In this document: piece by piece, positions 42,801 through 56,352 of the stretch
Layout: each line of letters opens with the position of its first letter
Position numbering within the stretch: the stretch's first letter is position 1
Assembly (NCBI GenBank): GCA_000092065.1
Contig: CP000584.1
Source: Ostreococcus lucimarinus
Lineage: Eukaryota
Reading direction: 5' to 3' (one strand)
DNA length: 64,000 nt
Made by a program: the position numbers and the translations under genes
The notes under the pieces: model-generated
Databases searched by the model: none
What the model was told of the DNA's origin: nothing
What the model saw: only the letters and a program-made list of their open reading frames with translations

Positions 42801-45800
42801 CTGGCTGGTCAGCGAGTCGACACCGAAGAAGACGTCCTTCATTTGCGCGAGGTACCAACGTTTGACAATCTGCTTAAACCAAGCGAGTCGGAGCTGCTCC
42901 TGACTTACTTGACCGCTCCCATGATTCGTTTGCCGCTCGTGATGAAGCTGTTCGCAGAACCGACACGCGTGCGCGGGTTGACGCACAACGACATTCAGAG
43001 TGTTTTAGACGCTGTGATTTTCGAGCCCGGACCTTGGGCGCCTCCAGAGCCGACGACAATACCAAAGGAAATACCTGCAACAACGCGAGCGCATATGGCA
43101 ACGCCGACTGGTTTACTCGTGCACGAGCTCATCAACTGTCCGGCGCCTCTCGCGGATAGCGCCGAAGAGCTGTTGGCGTTGAGTTTGGAATTAGATACCG
43201 GGCGTCACGACGCACCGAGCGCACAAGGGGTGTTGTTCGCGTGTAGGATGCTCACTAGACTGCTGGCGTTCGTAGATAGCATCCTCAAGGCAAATTCGCT
43301 CGATTCGGAATTCACGACATCCACTGGCTTGACGCGAGGGCTGGATTGTTCGTCGGCGTCTTTGTCGGCACTCGCGGACGTCAAAGTCCGCATCACCAAA
43401 GCACTCAAGGAGAGATGTCGACCAGTGATTCAGCGATGGTTACGTCACGCGGTGAAGAAAAATGCAATTCGTGCGGCTTGCGCACTTCACGCACATCTCG
43501 CGTACATGTACTACTGGACGCCTCGAGTAGAAATAGACAAACAAGCGGCCCTCATTATTCTCACGGCACAGCAGTACATTTTCGTGAACTACCACTTCAC
43601 AGATACACCGGATGGAAGCGAGACGAGCAATAGAAAGTTGGCGGACACGGGGAGTATGAGCGGTGTCGATACTGGTCTCGGCTTTGCGCCGACGGAGATT
43701 TTTGACCTGTTCCAGCGAAAGCGACGGAGCATTCTGGAATGGGCGGCGGCGAATCCGCAAGACGCTAATAGCATTCTGGAGAACGTCGTCGAGACGCTCA
43801 CTACTAAGAAGACAGATGGCTCGAACTCACCAACGAACGTGTTGGATGCAGAGGACACGTTTAGCGCGAAGCGTGCGTGGCGCCGTGCACCAGGTGCGGG
43901 TGGTGCTGGTAGATTTGTCAGCTACGTGTCGGATATCCCATTCGCAGATCTCGTCGAGAGGGACAAACGGGCCGCGGCGCTTTTACTTCAAAACCATCGT
44001 CACTACGGAGAGTGGCTTCTGGAGACGACGCTGCAGTCTTTCGATATGGAAATTAATGCTCAGCTCGGCGAATTCACCGTTCGAAAGAACCGATTGCGTC
44101 ATTTAGAAGCTAGTATTCGTGAAATGCCGGACTTCGTCGCAGCGCTGGGACCAGTGCTCGCCAAGCGCGGGATTGAGCCGTCGCACTTCCAAGAACTCAG
44201 CAAAGGGGACGAGCTCGTGATCGGCGATTCGGGGGATGTCGTTCACTGTGCGGAGGTAAAGAATACGGAGCATCGTACATGGATGCGTCTCGTGGGTCTC
44301 AATCATGATATTCAGTTGTGGGATCGAGATCCAAGACCGCCGCTGAACGAATTTACGCGACCGCTCGTTAGCCGCGTGCAGACAAAGTCACAAGCATTAG
44401 AACTTTTGGGTCGTGCAGTCGGTGCTGGTGGTCTCGCAAGCTGCGAGCAATGGATTCTTTCTATTCTTGATCCCATCATCAAGGGTCCGGGCGCGGGATA
44501 TCTGCACGGTGTCGAGCTCTTTTTACCCAAAAATACAATTCACGGGTCCATAGCTCGCCTCGCCGGCACTGGCGCGCCTGAGAATGCGGTGAGCGAACCT
44601 TGGAGTTTTTGGAAGCGAAAGACTGTGAGCACATCCAATGACGATCAACGTCGCGTGGAAGAGGCCAAGCAGCTCTTGACGGAGGTAATGATCGTTAGAG
44701 AACCTCCTCTGGTACAAGTTTTCCGCGTGGAATCGTACGGTCGACGTTGGCGACGTTCGTTAGTGTTCGCATCAAATGCTTCTTTCTGCCTCGCAGATAT
44801 CGATCCCGATGGTCAACCAATTCTAAAGGATGAAAATGAACGATTTTTACTATCTGCCGCGCGTCTAGGCTCGCGAGCTCCGAGTTTAGTCGTCACGAGA
44901 CTCTTGAATGGCTTCATCGGACGCGAGTCGTTTGTTCCGGCGCGACATTTGCGTGGCTTACTGCCCCAGGTTTTGCTCGAAGAGTACCAGTTTTGGCGAA
45001 GCGAAACTACTGGTGATTTATTTGGTACCGCGAATGAAAGTGCTTCGCACCCGAATACTATGATCCATGTGCGATTGGGCTATGAAAACAATTTACTGCT
45101 CGATGGAGGATTTCCCGTAGATACTCGCGCCATCGTGCGAAGACTTCCAACAATGGGTGCTGATGGGATTTCGCGTCTCCCCCCGCTAGATGGTTCGTAC
45201 GTCGATGGTCAGCTTACATTAGTAGATCTTCTGTATGCGCCCTCGCTGGCGGGTGAACAAGGGCGCGCTCTACTCGCGCTCACCAAGTCTCTCGCCGCCG
45301 TCGAAGGATTGGCACATTCGCTTGTCTGGTCATCAAAACCTGGGCTCGAAAGTGGGCCGAATGAGCACATCGCGGGTGTGTGCGATATATCGCGTGTTGA
45401 ACTTCCAAGACTTGGTGTTTCGTTCAATGCGATAGAGTCAGGTGGTGCTATTCGCTTGGAGTGTGAGGAACACGCCGGGTTGTTTTTAGCGCAAAGACGC
45501 AACGCCGCGCTCGAGATTCTGCTTACCGGGCTGCCGCATGCGCTTCTTCTCGAAGCTCGAGACGGTGCACTGTCTGTGCTATTATCGGCGAGCGCAATAC
45601 CTCGACCCGCGGCGACTGCGTCGGACTTCGCGCATGGAGCGAGCACGGGACTCGGCTCAGATCTCATAATCGATCGTTGGAGCACGCAGTGGGTGGAAAA
45701 CATAGGCAGCACAAAGCACTATGTGTATCCTGTGCATCCTTCGCATGCGACAATCAGTGCAACGTCGATGCCAGCCGCTCTATATCTCGCAATCCTGCGA

Positions 45801-48800
45801 TTCATAGGTCGCGATTATCTCGCCGTGCTCAGACTTGCGGAACTCTGTGTGTCAGAAGCGGTGCCCACGCCAGAGGAAGCGCAGCTGTGGGACGCGCTCG
45901 CGCATGCGTGCTCTTTGGATCCAAGCCCCGACGCCACAGCAGTTCGCGTGAAGCTTATGTTGATGGTAAAAGACACTCCAATCGAACCCCGACTCGCGCT
46001 GAAGTGGCCACCCGTGGCGGATGTACTGAATTACGTCAATTGCTGGTCGTACATCAGCGCAAATTGTCGCCTCACTGGACATGAAGAGCTCACCGCGATC
46101 GAAAGCTTGGTTACGGAGACCATGGCAAAGAAGAAAACTTCCAAGTTCAAGGCTGTCATTAGTTTCATGTTCCCCGGCTCCAAGAAGGCGAGCGCGGCGG
46201 ATATGAGTATGGATCCAACGAAGACCCCAGAGTTGTTGAATCGTGCGGCGTACTTGAGGCAGCTCGTGGGCGGAATCGCGCGCATGAGCGCCGGATCTAC
46301 GCCGACGAGTTCTGGATTCCCTCTAGTATATCCAGTGGCGCCAGAATATGACAGATTCGATACCGTGGACGACCTGACTTGCTTGTCCGATAAGGTAACG
46401 GGTGAAGGACCTCTGGGCAAACTCGCGGGTCTGATTCAAACGTACAATCGTCCAGATGACGTGAGCGTCAACGGTAGTCAGGCGCTCGCTTTGATCGGCC
46501 AATGGATCGACAAGGAAAAGTTCAATCTCGACGGTAACTTGGGATTCCCGTTATTCTTTGAGCTCATGACTGGAACCCTGCCGCTGCGCGTTCTTCCTGG
46601 TGATTCTCCCCATCGTTGGGGTTGCGTTCTCCTTCGTTTTGTGCCAAACGAGCAATCGATGAAGTGCGGTACACTCATGAGTACGTTACGCGTACTTGCT
46701 TCCAGCCCCAACATCGCGCAGGATTGTCCTAAAATGGAAGAACAGAGCGTTGGTCAACGGTTTAGTTCAATGTTTACTTCGGACGGTGCGATAGGTATGT
46801 TACTTCGCAAAGTACGACCGTACCTGCAACAGCGAAAAGAGGAATTCCCCGGTCGCATATCTTGGACGGGCAAGGAGTACTTGACGCAGAGCATATACGA
46901 GTCTGACGTGCAGACTTGGGCGCGTACGATTGCTACTGGCGGCAGATGGGCGCTGACTCGATTCATGAATACATCGTGCTCTGAGCGCGAGTTCTCTCTC
47001 AAGTCGAGCGATAGCGCTGAGATGGCTGGTGGTACCACGTGGAGTGGGAAAACACTCCAGCACGTGGATCTGGAGATGCTCGTGAAGCGCCCACTCGGTG
47101 TCCTTGATTTGAACAAGTATGTCGTTCCTCTTACGGAAGATAGAGCCGATGAACTCGCGGAATCCGTCGCGCTCGGCGGTGTCGGTGGTTTGCCGTTTGA
47201 CGTCAGCCAGCATCCAGCGGCTACGACGTCCGTCGCTAGACAGATGCTCAATCGTTTGCGCGCCGACGTAACCGGAGCATCAGACAAAGCTAAGGCGCGA
47301 CGCATGAATGGTGATTTTAGTGCGGTGACGTTGAAGGGTTTCTCCCCCAGTGATACTGCCGCGATCGCATCTGAAGCGGGTGCAGGCCGCGCCGGTCATG
47401 CCGCGGGGACCGCCCGTGCGGTTCTACGTGAATTGCTAGAAGGAATTCGTCGTGTCACCGCCGACGATAAGGCGGCCGCATCTGAGGCTATGTCAGCTGC
47501 ACTTGCTACGGCGAATGGTTTACGAAAAGACGTCGAGTCTGGGACAAAGATGTTACGTCTCGGATTGCAGCGCCGCGCAGGGGCTTGGGCCGAGGTGACA
47601 TTTGAAGATTTGGTTGAGTGTTTGACGTGCGAAGGCGGCGAACACATTTTATCCCGTTTGTCTCCAGATGTGACCGCAAAGCAAATAGTTGATGCGTTAT
47701 ATTTGACGTCGCAAGCGTTGCTGCTCACGCTTCGCGCGACGCTAGCCGCGAAAGCGGCGGGTATGGTGGCTGACACGCTCATAGCGTTGACGAATTGTGC
47801 AAAGACAGCGGCTATTGACGGTATTGATTCTGTCGATCGAGACTTGAGGCTCAAAGCTCTGGCAATCGCGGAGTTGATTTCAGTGGAACGACATTACTTC
47901 CAGGCGGACACTGCGAATCCATTCAGCAAGGCAACGCGCTTGATCTTTGATCCTCGTTTGCTAGTCTACGAGTACAGTCAGAGCATCGTGCTGCGCAAGC
48001 GCCAAGTCGAGCTGACTCGAGATTTCGTTGACACGGCTGAGAACGGTGGCGGCCAGTGCGCACAGATGCTCATGGGTGAAGGTAAAACAACTGTGGTGTG
48101 TCCATTACTGGGCTTCGTTCTCGCCAAGAGCAGCTCTGTCGTCGTCCAAGTAGTCCCTCACGCACTTCTCGAGTTTTCGCGAAGCACTTTGCGCAAGGCG
48201 TACTCAGGAGTCATCAGACGTTCGGTCGTTACCCTCGAGTTCAACCGATACACATCCCTCGCCGATGGCTCAATACTCGCAACTTTAAGGAAAGCGAAAG
48301 AGAATCGAGCCATCGTCATCTCGTCACCGACAAGCATCAAGTCTCTCGCGCTTAAATTTTTGGAAGTCTGCCACCTGCTCGATCAATCGTACATCGCTGA
48401 CCGTGATGGCAAGACCGGTGGTATGCTCGCACAAGGAGCTGATTTAGTCAGTCGCGTTTTTGGTGGCGCTAAAAGTCGGAGTGAACGTGTTGCTGAGGCT
48501 GGTGGGTTAACCATCGAAGAAATAAACACATTGCGCTCAGAGGCAACGGCGGCCGCGGAAATTTTTGAAATTTTCCAAACTGGCACGCTTATTTTGGACG
48601 AAGTCGACTTGATTCTTCATCCTTTGAAATCCGAACTCAACTGGCCAATGGGTCGACGTATTCCGCTCGACTTCAGCAAGGCTGCGTCAGGCGACGGTTT
48701 GAGATGGAAGCTTCCATATTACATCCTTGACGCCATCTTCGCAGTCACGTACGGGCGCTCGACGGCTTCGGAGGCTGAAGGTTCGCAAGAGGCAATCGAT

Positions 48801-51800
48801 CTGCTCGACGGTATACGCGCCGCGGTTCGAACGGCGATCGAATCGAAACAATTGCAGACATCACCGCATCTAGCGTTGCTCGATAAGTCTTGGTATCAAG
48901 ATATCTTGCGTCCGCTCTTGGCGCAGTGGACGAGCATTTGGCTGCGTGCTCATGGCGCGTTGCGTGGCATGTCAGAGGCACTCATTATGGCGTATCTTCT
49001 GCGGGGACCGGGCGCGGCTGAAGCAAAAGCGCAGCTGAATCGTGAATGTGAAGACGAGGCTGTGAAGATGACCAACCTCGCGCGAGATTGGCTTTGCTCT
49101 CTGTTGCCTCACATGCTCGCGAAGATTAATCGCGTAACGTTTGGTTTGTTACAGCCCGCGGACGTATCGCTACTCGAAGAAGTGACGGGATCGCGTCTGC
49201 CGAAAACCCGTAGACTTTTGGCAGTTCCTTTCGTGGGTAAGGATATTCCGAGTCGAACGAATGAGTTCTCACATCCAGATGTCGTTCTCGGGTTGACAAT
49301 TTGCGCATACCGCCTCGAGGGTTTGCGCCGTGCCGACTTCAAGCAAATGCTTCGAATCTTAATGGAAGAGTACGATAACGAGGCCGGTCCTCCTCAGAAG
49401 CGACCGGCTGCTCGTAGGTGGGCGGACTGGGTGCGTACGACTGGGAAGCGAGTGCGAGGTGAAGCGCGCGCTGAGGCAGCGCTCGCCGCAAGACGACGCG
49501 GCGTTTCGCAGCAAACCGGAACTACAAATGTCGGGGATACCCGCGGATTGGCGTGGCTCGAAGACGACACCGCAGGTCTGCAAGACGACGAGGTTTGGCC
49601 TTTGCAGCTTATCGATCTCAGAGATCACGATCAGGTTGAAGAAATCTACCAACTTCTGCGAAGGACGCCGCCGTGTATCGAGTATTATCTCGACGAATTT
49701 GTCTTCCCTGAAACGGCGCAGCATCAAGATTTGAAACTGAGCGCCACTGGCCAAGAACTCGGTGGTGATGTGTTGTTCCCCAACCGACTCGGTTTTAGCG
49801 GTACCCCGAGCGACTTACTGCCGCTCGAGCTCGGTGCTCCGCGATACGAATCCGGCTCTGACGCCAAGATGCTGGCATACTTGACGGATCCGGAAACCGC
49901 AGCGACGATGCCTTTGGACGTTGATTGGAACGTGCAGACTCTCCTCACCCGTATTGCGACGGTAGACCCACCGATACGTGCGCTCATCGATACGGGTGCG
50001 CTTGTCACGGGCATGTCCAACCTCGATGTCTCGAGATTCTTACTCGAGAAGGGTCTGAAATGGGCTGAAGGATGTGTGTTCCTCGACGAAAATGATCGAC
50101 AGATGATTCTCATGCGCAAAGGATGGGAAGTCATTCCTCTTCAACGCGTCGCCGCAATGCCTTTGACGAAACGATTTACGTTCTATGATCAAGTTCATAC
50201 GACCGGTATGGACATCAAACAGGCCGCGGCGTCGCAGGCAGCCATCACCCTCGGTAAAGACATGTGTCTTCGCGATTATGCGCAGGGTGCTTGGCGCATG
50301 CGCGGTTTGGGCAAGGGTCAGACGCTAAAGGTGATTGTGATTCCGGAGGTTGCGAGACTCATCTCGCACGAAGTTGCCAAAGGAGGTGGACAGATCCCAT
50401 CGACGCGCGATGCTGAACTCGCGACAATGTCGGCCGAAGCGGTCGAGAAGCGTAAGTTACGAGACATCACGGCTTGGCTCGTCGTGAACAGTATGCGAAG
50501 TGAGAATATTCAAGCCGGTTTGCTCGCAGAGCAACGCGCGGCGAATATCTGGAGAAAGCATTCATACAGGAAGCTTGTGTCATCGCCCACTGCACCGGGA
50601 ACACCAAAGGCGGAGGGTATGATTCACGCGTGCCTTGACGTCTTCCGAGATCGCGTGTCGTACGTCGTGGCGAATGTCATTCCTCAAAGTGTATCGCCTT
50701 CAGAGAAGTTAGCGAGGAGCGTACAGCAGTTCGGACATTTGCTCGACGATAGTCCTCGCGCAAAAGAGCAATTACGATTGATCGTGAACGACGTGAAGCA
50801 AATGGAGGAGACGACGAATGCGGCGTTGAAGCGGATTCGCGCTGGCACACACATGGCTCCAGATGCGGCGGAGTCCGGTGATCAAGGTTTGGCTGGTGGT
50901 TTGGAGCACGCCTTGGACCTCGAGCAAGTTCAAGAGAATGAGGAAGAACAAGAAAATGAGCAAGAACAAGAGCAAGAGAAGGAAGAAGAACGTGAGGAAG
51001 AAATCATCGAGGAAGCCCCAGATGGCTTGAAGTACGTGCGCGACGACGAGAAACAGCCGTCGTGGAGTTACGAGTCTTTGTGCAAAAGTCCAAGCTCAAT
51101 GGCTCAAGGTTTCTACCCACTCAAAACGTTCAAGATACATAAAGGTGTCGGCAAGACTACAGCACCTTTGGATTTCCCGGAGTATCTATATCTATCGAAA
51201 AATTACTTCCGTGAAGGATGGGCGCTCAACGGCCATCGACGCTTGAAGAATCTCACCGTCGTGCTGGACTGGGTACCGGATAGCAGCGCTTTATCGACCG
51301 ACGCCGGTGGTAGCGTCGCGGCGGGTACGTTCACAGCAGACCAGGAGTCAGCGCTACGAACTGCGTTCGATATGTTTGACTCTTCCGGAAACGGTCGTTT
51401 GACAGAGTCCGACCTCCGAGAGGTTTTGCGTGAGATCGACGCTTGCGTAGAAGACGATGAGCTTCGTCTTCAACAGTTGGCGCGTGAGGTTGCTGCAGAA
51501 TCACGCACGTTCAATACCGGGGGTAAGTCATCTGGGACGTCTTTCGAGGAGTTAAAGCGCGTCCTTCGTTCGAAGAACATTTACTCATTGCAACGTGGGC
51601 GATACTACGTCGCGTTGTCTCTGGCTGAAGCCGAGTCGCTGCGCGTTGTCATGCATCTCACGAAGGGTAGTAAAGCGAGTGACGGCAAACTGATTCCATC
51701 CAAACTCACCGAAGCTGCGTTGCGAATCGGTGGCGGTACGCTCATCGATAACACGTCGAGATTTACGCCCGCACAGGTGTTTCAAGGTGCGACGGCCGAG

Positions 51801-53672
51801 CAATGTTTCAGATTTCTCGACAGTCAGCTGGATTTCGAAGACCGCGAAGTTTCATTGCTGCTTCGTGCGCTCCAAGGGTCGTCGTGCGATAAGCGAGCGC
51901 AATTTTTCGTGTCTGTTCGGGCGTGCAGGCGGCGCGCTAAAATTCCATGGGCGTCGTCGCCACTCGCCAAGGTTCTCACTACGGTGGATGAATTCCATTT
52001 ACTCGCGTCGAGAGCACTCGTCGCTCGTGTACGTACGGCGCTCAAGTCCAAACGTATGCGTCTTTTAGATGCGTTCCGGGCTTTTGACGGAGATAACATT
52101 GGAAAGCTTACGTATGAAGCGTTATATGGTGGCTTGTCGTGGCTCGGCCTTTCGCTCACGTCGGCTCAAATGCTCGAGCTGGCTGCGCGTGTGGACAAGA
52201 CGCACGACGGCTACATCAGTCGAGAAGAGTTCGAGGAAGCTTTCGGGCCAGATGACGATTGGGTTTTAGATGGCGATTTCCACGAACAGGTTCCCATACC
52301 GACTCTAGCTCCCTCGGTGCCAGTGCCGACGTCTCAGCTTGCGCAAGTGAGCTTGATGGATATTCTCGGCGACGTTGGAAGCGACGAGGGGTCGAAATCG
52401 TCGAGTAAGGATCTTGTCGCTCCTGAGATACAGTCGCCATCGAAGGTAATGAGCACGGAAAATTTGAGCATCGATGACGGTACAGGACTTGGTGACTGGG
52501 GCGCGCTCGGAATGGCGGCGACTTTACCAGTTGTTGCGAAGAAGAACCCGCCTCTCGCCAAGGAACAGCCCAAGCCAAGCGCGAACGATCCGTTTGGTTT
52601 GGGTCCTCCAGCCGGCGCGTCGTCAACCGCGTTCGATGATTGGTTGTCTGGCGGTTCGGGCAACATGCTTGGCGGTGGCTCGTTGAACGATCCCCTCGGC
52701 ACTCAAGCAAACCCAAATGCCGCAGACGGCTGGGAAGGCAACGACATGATTCAGCTCGACACCTCGACTGGTACCATCGCCGCGCCGGCGCGAGATAAAA
52801 TCCAGGCAAGAGCTCTTGTGGATCCGGCAAAGGAAGCTGAAGAGCGCAGGCACCGCCAAGTCGATTCCAAGTTGACGAGCTCGGCTCTTAATGGGTTCCA
52901 AGTAGCCGTCGTGCACCAAAAATCGTTCCAAAAAGTTTGGACGAGCGACGGCACTGGAAGCCGTTCGACTGGAAGCGTGTGGCAAGCAAACTTGGGTAAA
53001 TCGACGCTGAAGAAAAAGACTGAGCGCATTTCGCTCGGTCACTACGCTTCGCCACACTTTTCGCAACCGAAACCTGCGCCATTTGCTGTCGAAGTGACCG
53101 ACATAAATGCGTTCGCGCTCACTGGTTCGAACTATATGCCACGAGTGTTGGATCGCTTGTTCCCACATCCGAGCCGGTTCAGACAGGTTTGGGGACAAGA
53201 ATGGAAAGGAACGGCGGTGTATGCGTGGACTCCCGTGCCGCCACCTGGATGCGTAGCCATTGGTATGGTGTTGACGTCTATCCCGCAGGCACCGGACGTG
53301 TCCACCATGCGATGCATTCCAGAGAAATGGGCAATAAAGCCAACGATGGAACCCCAACTCGTGTGGACGAATGAAGGCAGTGGTGGTCGTCCGGCGAGTA
53401 TTTGGTTGGTGAACTCGCTCGGTTTGTTGTACGTGAATGTCGGGCACAATCCTCCTCCGGCGAGAGATGTTTGGGACATCAAACGAGGTCAGCTCACCGC
53501 GGACCAGGTGCTTCAGTATCAGGCGTCGGCGCCGCAAACGTCCTACGGCGGAACAGGAATTTCGAGCGACAGCTTTGACGGACCGACGTACAACCCTCCG
53601 CGGCCTCCACCCCCGAGCGGCAACAGCGGTGGATCAAACGCTTTGCCCGCGGGATTAGGATCGCTGATTTAG
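39896..53672 (+). CDS. Giant multidomain protein (about 4592 aa, single exon): N-terminal PH domain, central P-loop NTPase module, acidic E/Q repeat, two EF-hand pairs, beta-rich C-terminal domain. Function unknown.
   Basis: PH domain: VAFSGWLTKRGGKDLYGKATWRLRYFVLRR...GKRMFAFQT...MQRWVTAISEA. Walker A MLMGEGKTTVVCPLLGF and Walker B TLILDEVDLILHP at about aa 2730-2900. EF-hand loops DSSGNGRLTESDL, DGDNIGKLTYEAL, DKTHDGYISREEF. Uninterrupted ORF with even codon usage. True ATG at 39896 (the ORF-track start at 39870 is TTG). Confidence 0.85.
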
Positions 53673-53720
53673 AAAGCGTCCAAGCGCGCGTGTTGAATAC
53701 ATACAAGAACTGCGAATCTT

Positions 53721-53725
53721 TTACA
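53721..53725 (-). promoter_or_regulatory. Minus-strand TGTAA about 40 nt after the DRP5B stop
   Basis: Reverse complement of ttaca at 53721-53725, in a 95-bp convergent spacer. Confidence 0.4.
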
Positions 53726-53766
53726 ACCGTTTTGCCCCTCGTCATTCTTGATAAATAAAACGCCTA

Positions 53767-56352
53767 TTAGTTGTGGAACATCGGCGAAAGTGGCGCGCGG
53801 TCTCGGCTTCGGCCAGCCGACGAGCGCCTGGGAGATGGCTCGTACGCCTTCGAGCCTCTCATAGGATTCGGCGAATATTGCGCGAATTGCGCCTTGGCTT
53901 CGGCGATGCCCTCACTCAAATCGTGGCTCGCTCGAAGGATTTCGTCCTGCGCCGCCATCTCGCGCGCAGCTGCGCTGTGGAACGTCGTCCCACCAACGGC
54001 TGCCTTCGCGGCGGCTTGCGTTGCAGGAGAGTTACCGCTCGATGCCTCGAGCTGCGAGTGGATCGATGCAAACTTGGACTGTATGTGCTCCATTTGCTCG
54101 AGCTCGCTCTCAAGCTTGTGACGACGAGACTCGAGCGCGCTTCGGACGCTCTTGACGTCGAAGACGGAGTCGAGACTAATCTCAAACGCGTCTTCCATCT
54201 CGTTGCGCAAAAAACTATTGAAGTCGTTCAGCAGAGGCATAAGGAAGAAGCAGTTGAACTTGAGCTCGACCGACTGAACGATGTGTGCGCGAATACCGGA
54301 GAAGATTTGACGAACCAACATGTCAACAATATCCACCGTGACCGACTTCATCGTTCTGTTCCAGAGCGTGTTTTCAACCAAATCCGTGAGCTTGCAGTTC
54401 TTCAACTCCTTATCCGACATCACGAGCTCGCCACCGGAGCGGCGCTTTTCGTCTTTCGCGTCATGTTCGCCTTCATGCGGCGCCAAGACGTTTCGTAGAC
54501 CAGCCTTGTTTCCAGAGTGCAACGACCAAGTGACGAACTGAGTCGTAGACTTGAGGTCTTCGTGGCACTTTTCTTGGCATTCCTTGACTCGGTCGTCCAC
54601 GAATCGAGCGAAAGTGCCGCCAATCTTCTTCAAGAAGACTTCGTGCCCGTTCAAAATTCGTCCCTCCTTTTGCAAAAGGTACATGGCCACAGGCAAAGTT
54701 CGTCGCGCGATGTGAGACAGACGGAAGCCGAGTTGGTGCACGAAGGGCTCAAACGTTTCTCGAGCCCGAGCGATGGCAATGACGCACGCAGTGCGCGTGT
54801 AATTGACACCGTTGTGGATTTCATCAACACCGCACGAGTTGACGATATCTTCTCGGCTCACCGGCGGGCACTCCACGGCGTTGACGATTAAGCGGAACTC
54901 TTCGAGGGCTCGATGGTATTGCGCGCCACCGAAGAGCCGCATATCGGCGTTTGGCACGGGTTGCTGCGGCATGCAAGGTCGACCGTCCGCGTTCACGAAC
55001 GCGCCGCCACGAATGTGCTCGTGCGCGAGAGACTCGCCAAAGATGCGCGGCGGCGCGGCGAGCGTACCTCGGACAATCTCCGGAATCTTTTCCAAAAAGT
55101 GCTGATAAAAGGCGCGACCCTTCTCCTTGAGGTGATCTTGGTTCAAGTCCGCCAACTCTTGCACGGTTTCAGAGAGCTTGCTCGTGGCGATGCGATGCTC
55201 GCGTTCGAGCACGGGAACAATCGTGGGAACGTTCTCCAAGTATCGCTGCTGCAACAATCGCTCGAGGAAAAATCGCAGTTGGCTCACGCCGATGCGGCCG
55301 CGCTCGTGCGAAGACAGGTGACGATCCAAGCGGCGCTCGAGTTCGGCGATATCGTGTTGCTCGCGCTCGAGAACGGCCTCCCGATAGTGATCGTTCGAGC
55401 GATACTTCGAATCTCGTGCGAGTCCAACGCGGCCAGAGGGCACGGAGGAAAAGAACGGACCACCACCCAAGACGGTCGGCTCGAGTAGACGCGCCGGCGG
55501 GTGCAAGAACATTTCGACGTCTTGCGAGTGAGAAAATTGCGGGATTCGCGTGTCGAACTTGGTGCTCACCACGACGGTACGTCGCAGCTCGGGATCGGCT
55601 TCGAGAACCAATCGCCGAGTGGTGGCGTTGGACCAATCTGAGCTGTCTTCCAGGCACAAGATGATGTAGTCTCGCTGGTGCATCTTTTGCTTGACTAAAT
55701 CCTCCACCAAGCGCGCAGACTGTTGCAAACCAGAAAACTTTCGGCCCGGCGCGGCGGAGATCAAACCGGGGGTATCGATGATGGTGAGGTTCGGGCAATA
55801 CTTATACTCGATCTTCACGACGATGTCCTTCGCCCAAAACCCGTTCTCGTTTTCCAATCGTCTGTTTTCGCCTTCAATGTGCGCCTGCAACTCGGGAAGC
55901 GAGAGCTCGTCCTCGCGCCCAAGATTGTCGTCCTTCATCAAAAAGCACCTCGGCTCCACGGCGGAAGGGTTGTACTTCATGTTGATCGCGATTGGACGCC
56001 TCGTCTTCGTTCCACCACCGACGTGGTTGAACTGGAACCCCATCAACGCCTCCACGAGCGCCGACTTTCCATCCGTCTGGTGTCCGACGACGAGAATCGC
56101 CGGCGAATCAAACGGCTTATCAAACTCTTGCGCCATCGTGTGCAACTGCGAATACGCCTCGTACAACCGCTCGTTCGCCTTGTTAAAGAACCGCTTGGGA
56201 GATGCCCGTCCATCGTCTTGACTCGAATCCACCGCTTGTCCGTGCGCCCAATACGCCGGCTTCGCCGCCGTCCCCGGCGCCGCGCGTCGCTCCGTCTCCC
56301 GCTCGTACCTCGCACCCCCGTACGAAGATTCGCGCGCCTGCGTGTGAACCAC
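53767..56352 (-). CDS. DRP5B: Dynamin-related protein of the DRP5B/ARC5 (plastid-division) type, 861 aa
   Basis: GTPase motifs G1 GHQTDGKSALVEALMGFQFNHVGGGTKTRRPI, G3 LTIIDTPGL, G4 VSTKFD. The extended similarity I recall to plant ARC5 (…KYCPNLTIIDTPGLI…FIILCLEDSSDWS.ATTRR…) favours DRP5 over classical dynamin. Confidence 0.8.
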   Translation of the reverse strand: MVHTQARESSYGGARYERETERRAAPGTAAKPAYWAHGQAVDSSQDDGRASPKRFFNKANERLYEAYSQLHTMAQEFDKPFDSPAILVVGHQTDGKSALVEALMGFQFNHVGGGTKTRRPIAINMKYNPSAVEPRCFLMKDDNLGREDELSLPELQAHIEGENRRLENENGFWAKDIVVKIEYKYCPNLTIIDTPGLISAAPGRKFSGLQQSARLVEDLVKQKMHQRDYIILCLEDSSDWSNATTRRLVLEADPELRRTVVVSTKFDTRIPQFSHSQDVEMFLHPPARLLEPTVLGGGPFFSSVPSGRVGLARDSKYRSNDHYREAVLEREQHDIAELERRLDRHLSSHERGRIGVSQLRFFLERLLQQRYLENVPTIVPVLEREHRIATSKLSETVQELADLNQDHLKEKGRAFYQHFLEKIPEIVRGTLAAPPRIFGESLAHEHIRGGAFVNADGRPCMPQQPVPNADMRLFGGAQYHRALEEFRLIVNAVECPPVSREDIVNSCGVDEIHNGVNYTRTACVIAIARARETFEPFVHQLGFRLSHIARRTLPVAMYLLQKEGRILNGHEVFLKKIGGTFARFVDDRVKECQEKCHEDLKSTTQFVTWSLHSGNKAGLRNVLAPHEGEHDAKDEKRRSGGELVMSDKELKNCKLTDLVENTLWNRTMKSVTVDIVDMLVRQIFSGIRAHIVQSVELKFNCFFLMPLLNDFNSFLRNEMEDAFEISLDSVFDVKSVRSALESRRHKLESELEQMEHIQSKFASIHSQLEASSGNSPATQAAAKAAVGGTTFHSAAAREMAAQDEILRASHDLSEGIAEAKAQFAQYSPNPMRGSKAYEPSPRRSSAGRSRDRAPLSPMFHN

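Noticed and set aside
52623-53537. 304-aa minus ORF and other minus ORFs inside 39896..53672
   Set aside because: Antisense to the giant gene, whose frame is open for 13.8 kb with coherent domains.
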